Both the position numbers and the translations under genes were made by a program. Below, piece after piece: positions 12,764 to 23,468 of a stretch of 64,000 nucleotides of DNA. Numbering within the stretch: position 1 is the first letter of the stretch; the number at the start of each line of letters is the position of its first letter. The notes under the pieces are model-generated. The model searched no databases and was not told the origin of the DNA. It saw only the letters and a list, made by a program, of their open reading frames with translations. Source of the stretch: Eledone cirrhosa (lineage: Eukaryota); assembly GCA_964016885.1 (NCBI GenBank), contig OZ024743.1, positions 321,842,001 through 321,906,000 of the forward strand, in the 5' to 3' direction.

Positions 12764-13662
12764 TGAGGCTGTCTTGTGTGTGTGTGTGTGAGTTTGAATC
12801 CCTAAAACTAGAGAAGCACCCAACCGACTGTTTTCAAACTTTATACATGTAATACTTATGTTTAATGGAATGTTCTGAGCAAAAAATATTTCAAATTTTC
12901 AATGCCCTAGGGACCGCATTAGGCGATTTAACGATCTTTCTCTATAATTCTTAGTCTTTCTCTTTTTAGATAGATACATACATATAACGTCGCGCCCTTA
13001 TAATATCTGTCTGTATGCCTGGCTGTCTGCATTACGTCACTTCCCTGAGGATGTCTCTGTGTGTGTGTGTGTGAGTTTGAATCCCTAAAACTCGAGAAGT
13101 ACCCAACCGATTCTTTTCAAACTTTACATGTGTATTACTTATGTTTCAGGGAGTGTTATGCACATAAAAAAATTAATTTTTTTTATCTCCTAGGGCTCGC
13201 ATTAGGTGAAAAACTGCGTTTTTTTCAGGTTTTTAGGGGTTATTTGAGGCGTTACGTCAGACCGATTTCCTTGAAATTGTAACTATGTATTAGTCAGTCT
13301 CTTCTTCATACCGTGAGCAAAGAAAATCCAACTTTGTTATGGCCTAGGGCCCGTATTAGGTGAAAAACTTCATTTTTTCAGCTTTTTAGAGGCATTACGT
13401 CTATCCGCTTTTCCCGAAATTTCAAGGCATATTATGCACATAAAAAACATGTATTTTCTTGATCCCCTAGTGCCCGCATTAGGTGAAAACCTGCATTTAT
13501 CCTGCTTCATCGAGGAAAATCTTAAAGATTATCCAGCTATCAGAGTATTCGGTTTATTTTCTTTACATATTGTCCAGGCATGCAGTTTTTCCACGATTAG
13601 GTCTGTTGGCGGTCTGCGTTCCAAAATACCTTATCCCGTGCAACGCCGGGTACCACTGCTAG
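12750..13662 (+). mobile_element. Non-autonomous Helitron
   Basis: Starts in (TA)n+AAAACTGAG and ends with hairpin CCCGTGCAACGCCGGG followed by CTAG|T (13659-13662). Internal duplication (~12763-12930 / ~13045-13210) and four CCTAGGGCCCGCATTAGGTGAAAA-like subrepeats. Confidence 0.75.
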
Positions 13663-13683
13663 TATATATATATATATATAGCT

Positions 13684-14176
13684 TGTGGTGTATATGCCGA
13701 TTATGACATGGTGTATCGTCCAAAGCTAACTTCAGCTTAATTATCCTATTACACACACTGACTTTTTCAATTATCCATCCATCTTTCTGCTAATATGAGT
13801 AGTATACCTACACCCCCCACAACGTCACTGCTACCCTCCCAGAATTTGTATCTGGGTTCCTTGTCCGTGATCAGTCTGGCCAAAGCTCCCCTCTATCTTA
13901 CTTCTTGTACACAACATGCATTTATACGCCTCCTCTGTAGCATCACAATCTTTCCAGACCTACCTTTCATTTGCCGACGTTGTTAGTCATAGCCCTGAAG
14001 AGTCTGACCTAAGGGGATGAGAGTGGCTTGCTTGTTTTCTGACCTGAAAAGAATAAATTGTGTGCAGTCGCTTGATATCAGCTTGGGAGCACTCGCAGAT
14101 GTTAAATTGTAATGTATTATTACTTTGTTTCGTATATAATTCCGAACACTACCGCCCGCAAACTATCACCTATTAC
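13684..14176 (+). mobile_element. Possible solo LTR or pLTR-like repeat
   Basis: TG...CA-bounded stretch next to a TA run, AATAAA at ~14052, and a degenerate CTGAAGAG..GAGA hammerhead-like core at ~13995; no TSD seen. Confidence 0.3.
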
Positions 14177-15014
14177 AAAATAACCTATCATTCTATAGAC
14201 CTCCAGTTTACGAATCAACATGATTGACCAGTTGAAAATGCGAGGAGATATTACCTTAAAGTAATTTAATTGTTTCTACTTTTTGGCACAAGTGTATTAC
14301 TGGTACTTTATTTTATCGACCCCGTAAGGATGAGAGGCAAAGTTAACCTCGGCGGGATTTTTTGCCTTTCAGTAATTTAATACGAAGCAATTTATCGAAA
14401 AAGTAAATACTTGGAAAATCTAGAATAAATCCTGTAAAACTAAGATAAATATAGAAAATTTATTCATGAGAAATTGGTGTATTTTAGGAAAATCTATAGA
14501 TGACAAGCTAGAAATGTTTTATCAAAAAGCTTTGATTGCCTTTGGGCGGAGCACATGGTGAGATTTTCAAGCAACAATTATATAACTTACATTTCAATTC
14601 GATCGACTAGAATCTTATTTGATGTTCACAACAGTCGAGCTATCGGCTAAATAGAATATATGATATACTTAAATTTATATGTATGATATATATAAACCGT
14701 ATTTCTGGTGGTAGAAATATATAAAAGGTAAGGATGATGAAATAAAACAAAATAATGTAATGTTTTTCTTACACAGTATATTTCAACATAATATTTCAGG
14801 ATTATAACCCTCTTTTCAAATATGAAAACAAAAACGATGCAATACAAAATTAACGATCGATGTATTTTTCCGTTTTATTTGTCATCCTTTGCCCTTTCTA
14901 TATTTCTAACGCTTTATACTGGCTTTCTAAAATACTTATAAGTCATTTGTTACATTTCTCACAATGCTTCATATAAACTTTACTACTTTATAAAATATAA
15001 GTTTATAGATATTA

Positions 15015-15976
15015 TGATGGGATGACAGAGTTCTTTGAGATACTGGCTGGAGTGCTCCGGGAAGATACATTGACTCCCTACCTTTTTTTCATCGTAGTGG
15101 ACTATTGTATGCGCCTTGCACTGGAGAAACACCAGGACTCTGGCTTTACTGTAGCACCGGCTCAGAGCAGGAGAGTTAAGGCGAAAAAGATATCGGATGC
15201 TGAATTTGCCGACGACATAGTTTTGGTGACAAATACAGTGAAGGAGGCAGAGGATTTGATGCGGGATGTTGAGACTGTGTCGATGAGTGTGGGGCTGAGA
15301 ATGAATGAGACTAAAACAAAATATCTGGTAGAGAATGTTGAGAAGCCAGAGGGGATCACTAATGTAGGCGGGAAGCAGCTAGAATTGGTTGAGGACTTCC
15401 TGTATTTGGTAGCAAAGATTGGGAATACCGAAGATGATGTGGTTGAGAGGAAGTGCAAAGCCTGGGCGGCGTGCAACAGCTTGAGATCGGTGTCGAAGTC
15501 GGACCTTCGTAAAAACCTGAAAATCCGCCTCTTCATTGCTGTAGTGGAGTCTGTGCTGCTGTACGGGTCTGAGACTTGGACACTGACCAAGAAACTCACT
15601 CAGATGGTGGATGGGTACTACACGAGAATGCTGAGGATGGCTCTACACATTAATCAGTATACACAGAGGATGAAAATTCAGAGCTGTATGGGAGCCTCCC
15701 AAAAGTCAGCTCAAAAGTGACACAGAGGAGACTGAGGTTAGCTGGACATGCACACCGACATCCAGAGTTGACATTGCACTCAGTGCTCCTGTGGGAACCC
15801 CTACATTGACACACTGGAAGAGGAAGACCAAGGTTAACGTATGTTGAGGCCCTAAGGACAGACACTGGTCTGTTGTAGACGCAGGACATGGCAGCGATAA
15901 TGAGGGACAGAGACCGCTGGAGAGAACTCGTCCATGGATCTCGGGAATTTTACCCGCCCTAGAAAAAAAAAAAAAA
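15015..15976 (+). mobile_element. 5'-truncated RTE-clade LINE with poly(A) tail
   Basis: RT motifs GVLREDTLTPYLF, EFADDI, GLRMNETKTKY; RTE-typical ESVLLYGSETWTL and RRLRLAGH, GRGRPRLTY; A-tail at ~15963-15976. Confidence 0.85.
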
Positions 15977-16287
15977 TATGAAATTACCAATTTATCGTTG
16001 GACGGAGTAATTTGTTTTGCCATTTCAATATGTTTTGTAATACCTTTTCTGTAAACAAATTTTGGTAATTATTGTCAATATAAATTGGCAAAATATGTTT
16101 AACAACTTATCGTTCTTATATATTATCATCGTATTTTATATTGATAATGTAATTATTATTAATGTTAAATGTGATCTTAATTGTATTCGTATCTACACCA
16201 ATCGAAACGTATGTAGGAAATGAATATTCATCTAATATATATATTTGGCTAAATTTTCTCTAATGTGATATATATGTGATATATATG

Positions 16288-16370
<83 letters not shown>

Positions 16371-16570
16371 ATTTATTTTTTATTTATTAAAATAACAGAT
16401 TAAAGTTTAAGCAAAGAATCGCTGCTTTCAGCCTTAACAGGATCTCCATGGGAAATTGGTGTGTTTTAGGTAGTATTTGTTATAGGGTTCTTATATATTT
16501 GACATATATTTATCCTTATCGAGCCCTCTTTGGTTTTTAGTCTTCGCTTTTATAATTATTATTATTATTA

Positions 16571-17679
16571 CAGTTGCATTTATCTTGTATTATGTTCATA
16601 CGAGTTATCACCAAGTCACAACCAGTGACCTCAAGAGACAACAAGGTCCGCCATGTTCAAGAAAGAACATACATATTCACACATGCATCTTTAGTGTTTA
16701 GACTTGTGATGTACTTATATTGACAGAATCTTCCTTAGTATATGGGCAGTTCCCATTAATACTATCTTTTGTATTTCTCCTATACGTGGGTTTCCTGGGA
16801 TTTGCGATATGTAATCATTAGACCCCTTAGGTATCATTCCCAGAGCGCCTACAACCACTGGTATTGTTTTAGTTCTCAATTTCCACATTTTTCCAATTTC
16901 TATCTCCAGGTCCTTATACTTGCTCAATTTTTCAAATGTTTTTATAGATACATTCTTGTCTATTGGAACAGACATATTAATTAGCAGGCATACCCTCTTT
17001 TGAAAGTCTTTCAATATTATAGCAGGTCTGTTTGCATTTATTTTTCGGTCTGTTTGGATGCTAAAGTTCCACAAGATTGAGATGTGATCTTTTTCAAGTA
17101 TGGGAGGTGGTTGATGCTCCCACCAATTCTTTTGATGGCGCAGGTCAAAATGCTTACACATTATCCAATGTATGTATTGTGCAGCTCTGTCATGCCTGTT
17201 TAGGTATTCGGTTGGAGCTATAGGACTGCACATTGAAATTATATGGTCAATGGTCTCTGGTTGTTTTTTGCATACACGGCATAATGGGCTGCACCCATTT
17301 TTTATTATGTTGGCTTGGTAATTTTTTGTTGGCAGACACTGATCTTGTGCCGATATAATCAGTCCTTCAGTCTCCGATTTCAGTCCAGAGGATGCCAACC
17401 ACTGATGGGTTAAAGTTTTGTCAACATCAGGATTGTTAGCTCGCTCTGGGTATTTTCCATACAGAGGCTTTTCTTGCCATTTCTTAGCCAGTTTCTGTAG
17501 CAGTTCTTTCTTTGCAGTTACTTTTACCTGCTTTGCTTTTTCTGTGTTTTCCATTTCAGCAGTAAATGGGACTTCTGAAATTTGTAGTCCATTACTGTAT
17601 CTTTGTGCATCTTTTGTAATGGAATATGATCTTTTGATGCTTTCGTGTTTCAAAACGAGTTTGATCATCCAATCATGTG
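16571..17679 (-). mobile_element. 5'-truncated R4/Dong-like non-LTR retrotransposon (CCHC plus RLE) flanked by (TAA)n
   Basis: ORF 16715-17668: GLKSETEGLIISAQDQ, CRVC..ETIDHIISMC, RHD, NRPAII (PD mutated), KLSKYKDL, PVVVGALG. (TTA)n at both junctions (16554-16570, 17680-17703). Confidence 0.85.
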
Positions 17680-17916
17680 ATTATTATTATTATTATTATT
17701 ATTGAATGCCATGGTTGACGGAGGCTCGGCTCTGTAAGGTATAGTAATTTTTAACCGTTAAAACAATTGTAAATTGTTTAAAACTTGAACCAAATTGTTG
17801 ATAAAGACACCCTCCTCCTCGTGAGAGGGGTCTTTCTGTCCGTTATTTGGCCCTTCGGGGTTAAATAACCAGTTATTGGGGTTTTGTACCCAAAATTTCA
17901 TTTTAAACAAAAAAAC

Positions 17917-20013
17917 ATGGCTACGAAAAAGAAATTTCATACGTCACTCCCACTCATTCCGTCTTCTTCTTCCTCAATCATCACTACAGCAGAGAGAAGA
18001 TTGTCTCTCTCCCTCCCTTCTTTAAATGTGACTCTCTCCCTCCCTTCTCTTTCGCAAGCGACGAAAGAAAAGAAAAGTCTCGTGCAAAGCGTGCAAGGTT
18101 TCTCCACGACGACGACGACAGCGACGAAACAGGTGTGCGGGAAATACGAAAACCCAGTTCATTCGTCTGACGTCAGGAATAATAGCAGTAGCAGCCGTAA
18201 TAACAACAGCAACAGTGACAATGAAAACAACAGTAGCAGCCGCAACAGCATCACCAGCAGCATAAACAACAACAGCATTAGCAGCAGCAACACCAACAAC
18301 AACCACAGCAACAGCGGCGGAGGCAGTAGTCGTAGTACCTGCAGCAACAACAAAAGTACCAGCAGCTCTGACGACAACAACAACAGCAGAGAAAAACCAA
18401 TCTCATTTGCAGGTATTGCGAAAAACCTGGAAACAATCCTCATAACAAATGAGGAATTAGAGGAAGCGAAGAAGATGGTGACAAAGAACGGACACCGAGC
18501 AATCTGCAAGGCAGCGAAAAATTTTTTCGAAACCCAAGAGCACTGTACGGTCACGTACCGTACAGTAAGTACAAAATCCCGTAGGGTGGAAAGAGCCACA
18601 GAGGCCCAAATACAAAAAGCCTTGGGGTCTGTGTGGCAGAGGAAAACGTACATCACCCGAGGCAAAAAATACGCCACCGTAGACGTACTTTTTGCCACAC
18701 CCCAGGAGGCAAAGGCCCAATCAGTAGTGACCCTAAGGAGCGAGGAAATGGTGTTGGTGCCCTCCTACTGCGGGCAAAAAATTGTGAGGGTCAAACTGAC
18801 CCACGTCCCCCCCGGAATGACCCCTTCTTGGCTGGCCGCGTCTGTCCTCGTCGGAATCGAGGACAAAACAACTGTACTGCAAGTACAGAAAAAAGTAAGA
18901 GAAGATTGGGTCGGCTCCTCCATTGAGATGCTAATCCAAACCAACCAGGAGTGCATCGAAGCTATCCCGGATGTGATAGACTTCGATAACGGCACTCAAC
19001 TGCCCATAAGTGTTGAGGGCAAACGCCCGAAATGCTTTCGCTGTGGATCGAAGACTCACCTCAGGGCCTTCTGCAACGAGAAGACCCTGAGAAAGGAGAA
19101 AACCCCCCTCCTCCCGAATCCGGTTCCACGGCTACCAGCAACAGGACAAGCGGCAACCAGGAACGATAGGTCCGTGGCACCCATACCCACTCCACGGAAA
19201 TCAAAGACAGCAGCAGCAGTGGAAATATTAACAACAACAACAGCAATACCAAATGCAGCTGCAACAGAGACTCCAGTGCAAACATCACCAACAACAACAA
19301 GTGAAAGAGTGGAGCTGGTACCCCTCCCCGACCTTACAGAATCAGACATGGAGTGTGAGGTGGGAGAGGGATGGCAAAAGGTCTCAAGAAGGCACAAACG
19401 CAGAAGCAGCGCATCGTCGCCTTTGAAAAGGGAGGAAAGAAATGAGAAAAGGGTAAAGTCTACTGCAAAGAGACCCACAGCAGCAACACCACCAACACCA
19501 TCACCACCCACACCAGCACCACCATCACCACCGGCGACAACCCCACCGCCAACAACACCTTCAACACCACCACCACAAGCACCAACATCGCAAACACAAC
19601 AACAAAACACACACACCCAGCAACAACGACAAGAAAATAGCAGAACCACACCCCACCCCCAGAAAAACAAATGCACGGCAATAAACACACACAACAAGAA
19701 ACTAATGACTTACATAATTGAACACACAGACATTTCACAACAGGACTACATAATACCAGCACCAATCAAAACGCCAACTAACATAAGACTGCTAAAAATA
19801 GCACAGAAACAATACACAAACATTAAAACGAAATTCCCCAACGCAGTTGGTGATTTCAGGGACCTAGGAGGAACCATTAATCGAAGAGTATATTCAGACA
19901 TTCTCTTAGAAGAGCCGACGACCAGCCGAAGGGACGATTCAACGGTCCCTTCACCAGACGATCAAGTGAAAAGGGATGTAAAAACCATCCCTCCTCTACC
20001 AAAAATACGGTAA
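17917..20013 (+). CDS. Tx1 ORF1 (gag-like nucleic-acid-binding protein, CCHC knuckle), 698 aa from the first ATG
   Basis: Ser/Asn-rich N-terminus, ISFA motif, CFRCGSKTHLRAFC knuckle, Pro/Thr-rich linker, small C-terminal domain. Confidence 0.9.
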   Translation: MATKKKFHTSLPLIPSSSSSIITTAERRLSLSLPSLNVTLSLPSLSQATKEKKSLVQSVQGFSTTTTTATKQVCGKYENPVHSSDVRNNSSSSRNNNSNSDNENNSSSRNSITSSINNNSISSSNTNNNHSNSGGGSSRSTCSNNKSTSSSDDNNNSREKPISFAGIAKNLETILITNEELEEAKKMVTKNGHRAICKAAKNFFETQEHCTVTYRTVSTKSRRVERATEAQIQKALGSVWQRKTYITRGKKYATVDVLFATPQEAKAQSVVTLRSEEMVLVPSYCGQKIVRVKLTHVPPGMTPSWLAASVLVGIEDKTTVLQVQKKVREDWVGSSIEMLIQTNQECIEAIPDVIDFDNGTQLPISVEGKRPKCFRCGSKTHLRAFCNEKTLRKEKTPLLPNPVPRLPATGQAATRNDRSVAPIPTPRKSKTAAAVEILTTTTAIPNAAATETPVQTSPTTTSERVELVPLPDLTESDMECEVGEGWQKVSRRHKRRSSASSPLKREERNEKRVKSTAKRPTAATPPTPSPPTPAPPSPPATTPPPTTPSTPPPQAPTSQTQQQNTHTQQQRQENSRTTPHPQKNKCTAINTHNKKLMTYIIEHTDISQQDYIIPAPIKTPTNIRLLKIAQKQYTNIKTKFPNAVGDFRDLGGTINRRVYSDILLEEPTTSRRDDSTVPSPDDQVKRDVKTIPPLPKIR

Positions 20014-20048
20014 GTGGTCTTTCCCATCTTTTCCACTCTATTTTAAAC

Positions 20049-23000
20049 ATGACCTCACTCAGAATAGGCAGCATAAATGCGCGTGGCTTGGGGTCGTCAT
20101 GGAAGCAGGGTCACCTGCTCAACGACCTCAGGTCACTAAACATAGATGTAGTGGCCATCAGCGAGACCAGAATCTCCGAAGCACGGGCCTTCGCACCGAT
20201 CTTCGGCGGCTACGATGTGTACGCATCTCCCAGCCGTCCTGGATCGGGTGGAGGAGTTGCTGTGCTTTTTCGGAGAGGTTTGGATCTCGCCATACGGGCC
20301 ATCTTCCTGGACCCAGAGGGTAAGCTGGTGGTGCTGGACGTGACCAGCGGAGACGGGCAAGCTTTCAGGCTAGTGGCCGTCTATGCCCCGACAGGAGCAG
20401 GGCGGCCTGATTTCTTCCGGCGTCTGGAGACCTTTCTTGGAACGTCGCGCTCTTTAGTGTTAGTGGGCGACTGGAACGGGATCTTAGATGCACGCTGGGA
20501 CTGTGTGGGATTAGCGGATAGGGGTGGAGGGTGCAAGAGCCTCACCAACCTGCTCAGGCGTTTTGAACTGTCTGACAGGTACCGATTGGATTTCCCGAAT
20601 GTGCCAATGTGGACTTGGACAAACCGCATAGGGTCATCCAGATCATATCTAGATAGAGTATTTTGTAGGGAAATAGATAGGTCTAGCATAGGCTGTCCAC
20701 AATTCAAGATAGTCAGCTACACGGACCACAAATTCGTGATCTGTGTGCTTGACTTAGATAGGCTTCATAGACGAGGACCCGGCTACTGGAAGCTAAACGC
20801 GTCCTTACCAGCGCGCAAGGCCTACAGAGACCGGATTAGCGAACTAGTTAAGCGGGCGTTGACGGGGGCCATCGTCAACAACAAGTGGTGGTTTGCTCTG
20901 AAAAGAGCGATTAGAATAGAATCGATTAGGTTTAGTAAGGCTTTAGCAATAGAGAAAAATAGAGCAGAGGGAGAACTAGTTAGAAAATTAGACGAGGCGC
21001 TTAGCAAAGGCATTGCGACCGACGTGCTTGCGGCGAAATTGGCCCTTGACCAATTCTTCAATGCAAAGCACGAAGGCTGCGTTGTCAGAGCTAGGGTGCG
21101 TGCTCTCAGACACGAGGGGACGAAAGCCGTTCAATGGGCCCGAGTGGCGGAGGCGCGTCGTGGCAACAAAGCCACGATCCGGTCTTTGGTGGACCACGAC
21201 GGGCGCATGCTACTCGATCCCGGGCAAATGTGTGAAGCTTTTCAGCGACACTTCGCTCAGCTGTTCGGGGGCAGCGGGGGGCCGGGTAGAGGGATGGACT
21301 TTAGTGTCTACCTCGACGGGCTGCCGCGGCTCTCGGCCACTGAGGCGAGGTGTTGCGAAAAGCCGATAACAGCCGCTGAAGTACGGGAGGCAATGACTGG
21401 CTGCACAAGGGGTAAATCGCCTGGTTTGGATGGTCTGCCCTATGAACTTTACGTACAGATGCCAGACTTGTTCGGAGGCCTCTTGGCGGACGTCTACTGC
21501 AACTGGCAACAGAACGGGAGAATTCCCAGTTCTGTGAGCCGAGGAGCGGTGGCACTGCTGAGAAAGGATCCGAACAAGGGGGATAACATAGACAATTTCC
21601 GGCCCATAACTCTGCTAAACACAGAGTTTAAGATTTTGGCCAAGGTGCTAGCAAAGAGGTTGGCGCTTGTCGTTGGTGGTCTGGTGGGAGAGGCGCAGAC
21701 ATGCGCCATTCCCGACAGATCCATCCACGACAACCTCCACCTCATGCGATACATCGTAGAGAGGGTAGCTAGGGAACCTGGCACGGGTGGGTCCTTGATC
21801 AATTTAGATCAGTCGAAAGCTTTCGATAGGGTCGACCATCGTTACCTAGCGGCAGTCCTGAGGGCGGCTGGCTTTGGGCCCGTCTTCAGAGGCTGGATCG
21901 CTGCCATGCACAGCGACATCTGCTCTGTGGTGAGAGTGAACGGTCACCTGTCGGAACCGTTCAACATCATGCGCTCGGTCCGCCAAGGATGTCCCCTCTC
22001 GTCCCTCTTGTACGTATTGACTCTCGAGCCATTACTGCACAAACTGGAGACGTTGAGGGGAGTCCCGCGCGAACTAGGATGCGGAAGATCCGTGTCAGCA
22101 TATGCGGACGATGTCACCGTAGTGGTGTCGAACGCCAAACACATCGAGGCGATCGGCACTACACTAAGAGAATACGAAGCGGTGACAGGAGCAATGATCA
22201 ACCAGGAAAAGTCAGTGGGCCTGCAGCTCGGCACCTGGAGAGGCAGGTCCATGCCGTCCAACAGCGTCGTCGGGCGCTGGACGGACGGACCGGTTAAATT
22301 GCTAGGGGTCTGGTTCGGTCCGGACCTCCAGACGGACAAAAACTGGGACGAGGTGACGAGCAGGGTGGCTTCTCTCACCCAGAAATGGGCGGAGAGGAAG
22401 CTATCCCTGAAAGGTCGAGCGGAGGTGGCTAACGCGTACATCGCGTCTGTCATCTGCTACCGCCTAACCGTCGTACCTTGTCCTAAGCCTCGCCTGACTG
22501 CGCTGGAGCGTTTGCTCTTTCGCTTTTTGTGGAAGGGACGTGCTCCGATGGTCAGGCGGTCCATCTGTTGTCAACACCCGCTACGTGGAGGGCTGGGCAT
22601 GCCGTGGCTGATGATGCGCAGGCACGCGCTCAGGCTACGACATCTCCACCTCTTCCTCGACGGTGATCAGGTGTGGTCGCCGTTTGCTAGACGCGTTTTT
22701 CCCCAGCTCGTTTCCTTGACGGAGCTGCAGTCCTGGGTCAAGCGAAGACCGAGAGGGAGCGCCTGGAGACTGGAATGTCTTCAGGCGCTCACAGCCCTCG
22801 ACCAATCGGGCAATGTGATCGGTGGAAACTCCACCTCGGCGTTCTATAGAGGATTAGTGGAGGGGAAGAGCGACGACGTACTTGGGGAAACTCTAGGCGT
22901 CGACGAAAATCAACTAGCCAATCTCTTCGGAAGAACTTTCGGGCCAGGGCCTATGGACAACTTCCAGAAATCTCTGGCCTGGCAGTGCTACCGAGGAGCC

Positions 23001-23468
23001 TTGCCAGTTCGGGATAAACTCTACAGGCATGGAGGTGCCGTCAGCCGGGCATGTCCGAGATGCGCGCAGGGCGACGAAACCGTCCTGCACGCACTCGTCC
23101 AGTGTCCGAAAATTGCTGACTTGTGGGTTTATGTCGAACACCTGCTGTCGCGTTTAGGACGGATCCAGCTATCATCTGAGTCTATCGTGAGGATTGCCCC
23201 GCCCTCCTCCTTTAGCCGGGAAGGGCAGGCAGTTTTTATCTCTCTGGTGGCCATGGCGAAAGAGATAGTATGGTGGACACGTTTGAAAGGGCTGAAGACG
23301 AGCACTTACCTCTTCGGTGATGCTCTGATTGACTTTTTCAAATTTCATTTGAAAAGGAAAATCAGAGTAGAGAAGGAAGTGCTCTCTTCCCAGCATTTTG
23401 TTGAAAGATGGGTGAGAGAAGCAAGAATGGCCCGAGTGAATGGGCCGACTCTGAGTATATATCTGTAA
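20049..23468 (+). CDS. Tx1 ORF2: AP endonuclease, reverse transcriptase, CCHC zinc finger (1139 aa)
   Basis: SINARGL, ISET, VYAP, GDWN, YLDR, TDHK; GKSPGLDGLP, FRPITLLN, DQSKAFDRV, RQGCPLS, YADD; CPRC..ETVLHALVQC. Confidence 0.97.
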   Translation: MTSLRIGSINARGLGSSWKQGHLLNDLRSLNIDVVAISETRISEARAFAPIFGGYDVYASPSRPGSGGGVAVLFRRGLDLAIRAIFLDPEGKLVVLDVTSGDGQAFRLVAVYAPTGAGRPDFFRRLETFLGTSRSLVLVGDWNGILDARWDCVGLADRGGGCKSLTNLLRRFELSDRYRLDFPNVPMWTWTNRIGSSRSYLDRVFCREIDRSSIGCPQFKIVSYTDHKFVICVLDLDRLHRRGPGYWKLNASLPARKAYRDRISELVKRALTGAIVNNKWWFALKRAIRIESIRFSKALAIEKNRAEGELVRKLDEALSKGIATDVLAAKLALDQFFNAKHEGCVVRARVRALRHEGTKAVQWARVAEARRGNKATIRSLVDHDGRMLLDPGQMCEAFQRHFAQLFGGSGGPGRGMDFSVYLDGLPRLSATEARCCEKPITAAEVREAMTGCTRGKSPGLDGLPYELYVQMPDLFGGLLADVYCNWQQNGRIPSSVSRGAVALLRKDPNKGDNIDNFRPITLLNTEFKILAKVLAKRLALVVGGLVGEAQTCAIPDRSIHDNLHLMRYIVERVAREPGTGGSLINLDQSKAFDRVDHRYLAAVLRAAGFGPVFRGWIAAMHSDICSVVRVNGHLSEPFNIMRSVRQGCPLSSLLYVLTLEPLLHKLETLRGVPRELGCGRSVSAYADDVTVVVSNAKHIEAIGTTLREYEAVTGAMINQEKSVGLQLGTWRGRSMPSNSVVGRWTDGPVKLLGVWFGPDLQTDKNWDEVTSRVASLTQKWAERKLSLKGRAEVANAYIASVICYRLTVVPCPKPRLTALERLLFRFLWKGRAPMVRRSICCQHPLRGGLGMPWLMMRRHALRLRHLHLFLDGDQVWSPFARRVFPQLVSLTELQSWVKRRPRGSAWRLECLQALTALDQSGNVIGGNSTSAFYRGLVEGKSDDVLGETLGVDENQLANLFGRTFGPGPMDNFQKSLAWQCYRGALPVRDKLYRHGGAVSRACPRCAQGDETVLHALVQCPKIADLWVYVEHLLSRLGRIQLSSESIVRIAPPSSFSREGQAVFISLVAMAKEIVWWTRLKGLKTSTYLFGDALIDFFKFHLKRKIRVEKEVLSSQHFVERWVREARMARVNGPTLSIYL

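Noticed and set aside
16410-16452. Hammerhead in the TA-associated repeat (also ~60890-60925)
   Set aside because: GAAA and a small stem are present but the CUGANGA core is absent.
17660-17720. snRNA, tRNA or rRNA target for the Tx1 elements (as in Keno or Dewa)
   Set aside because: No RNA-gene sequence at any junction; flanks are microsatellites.
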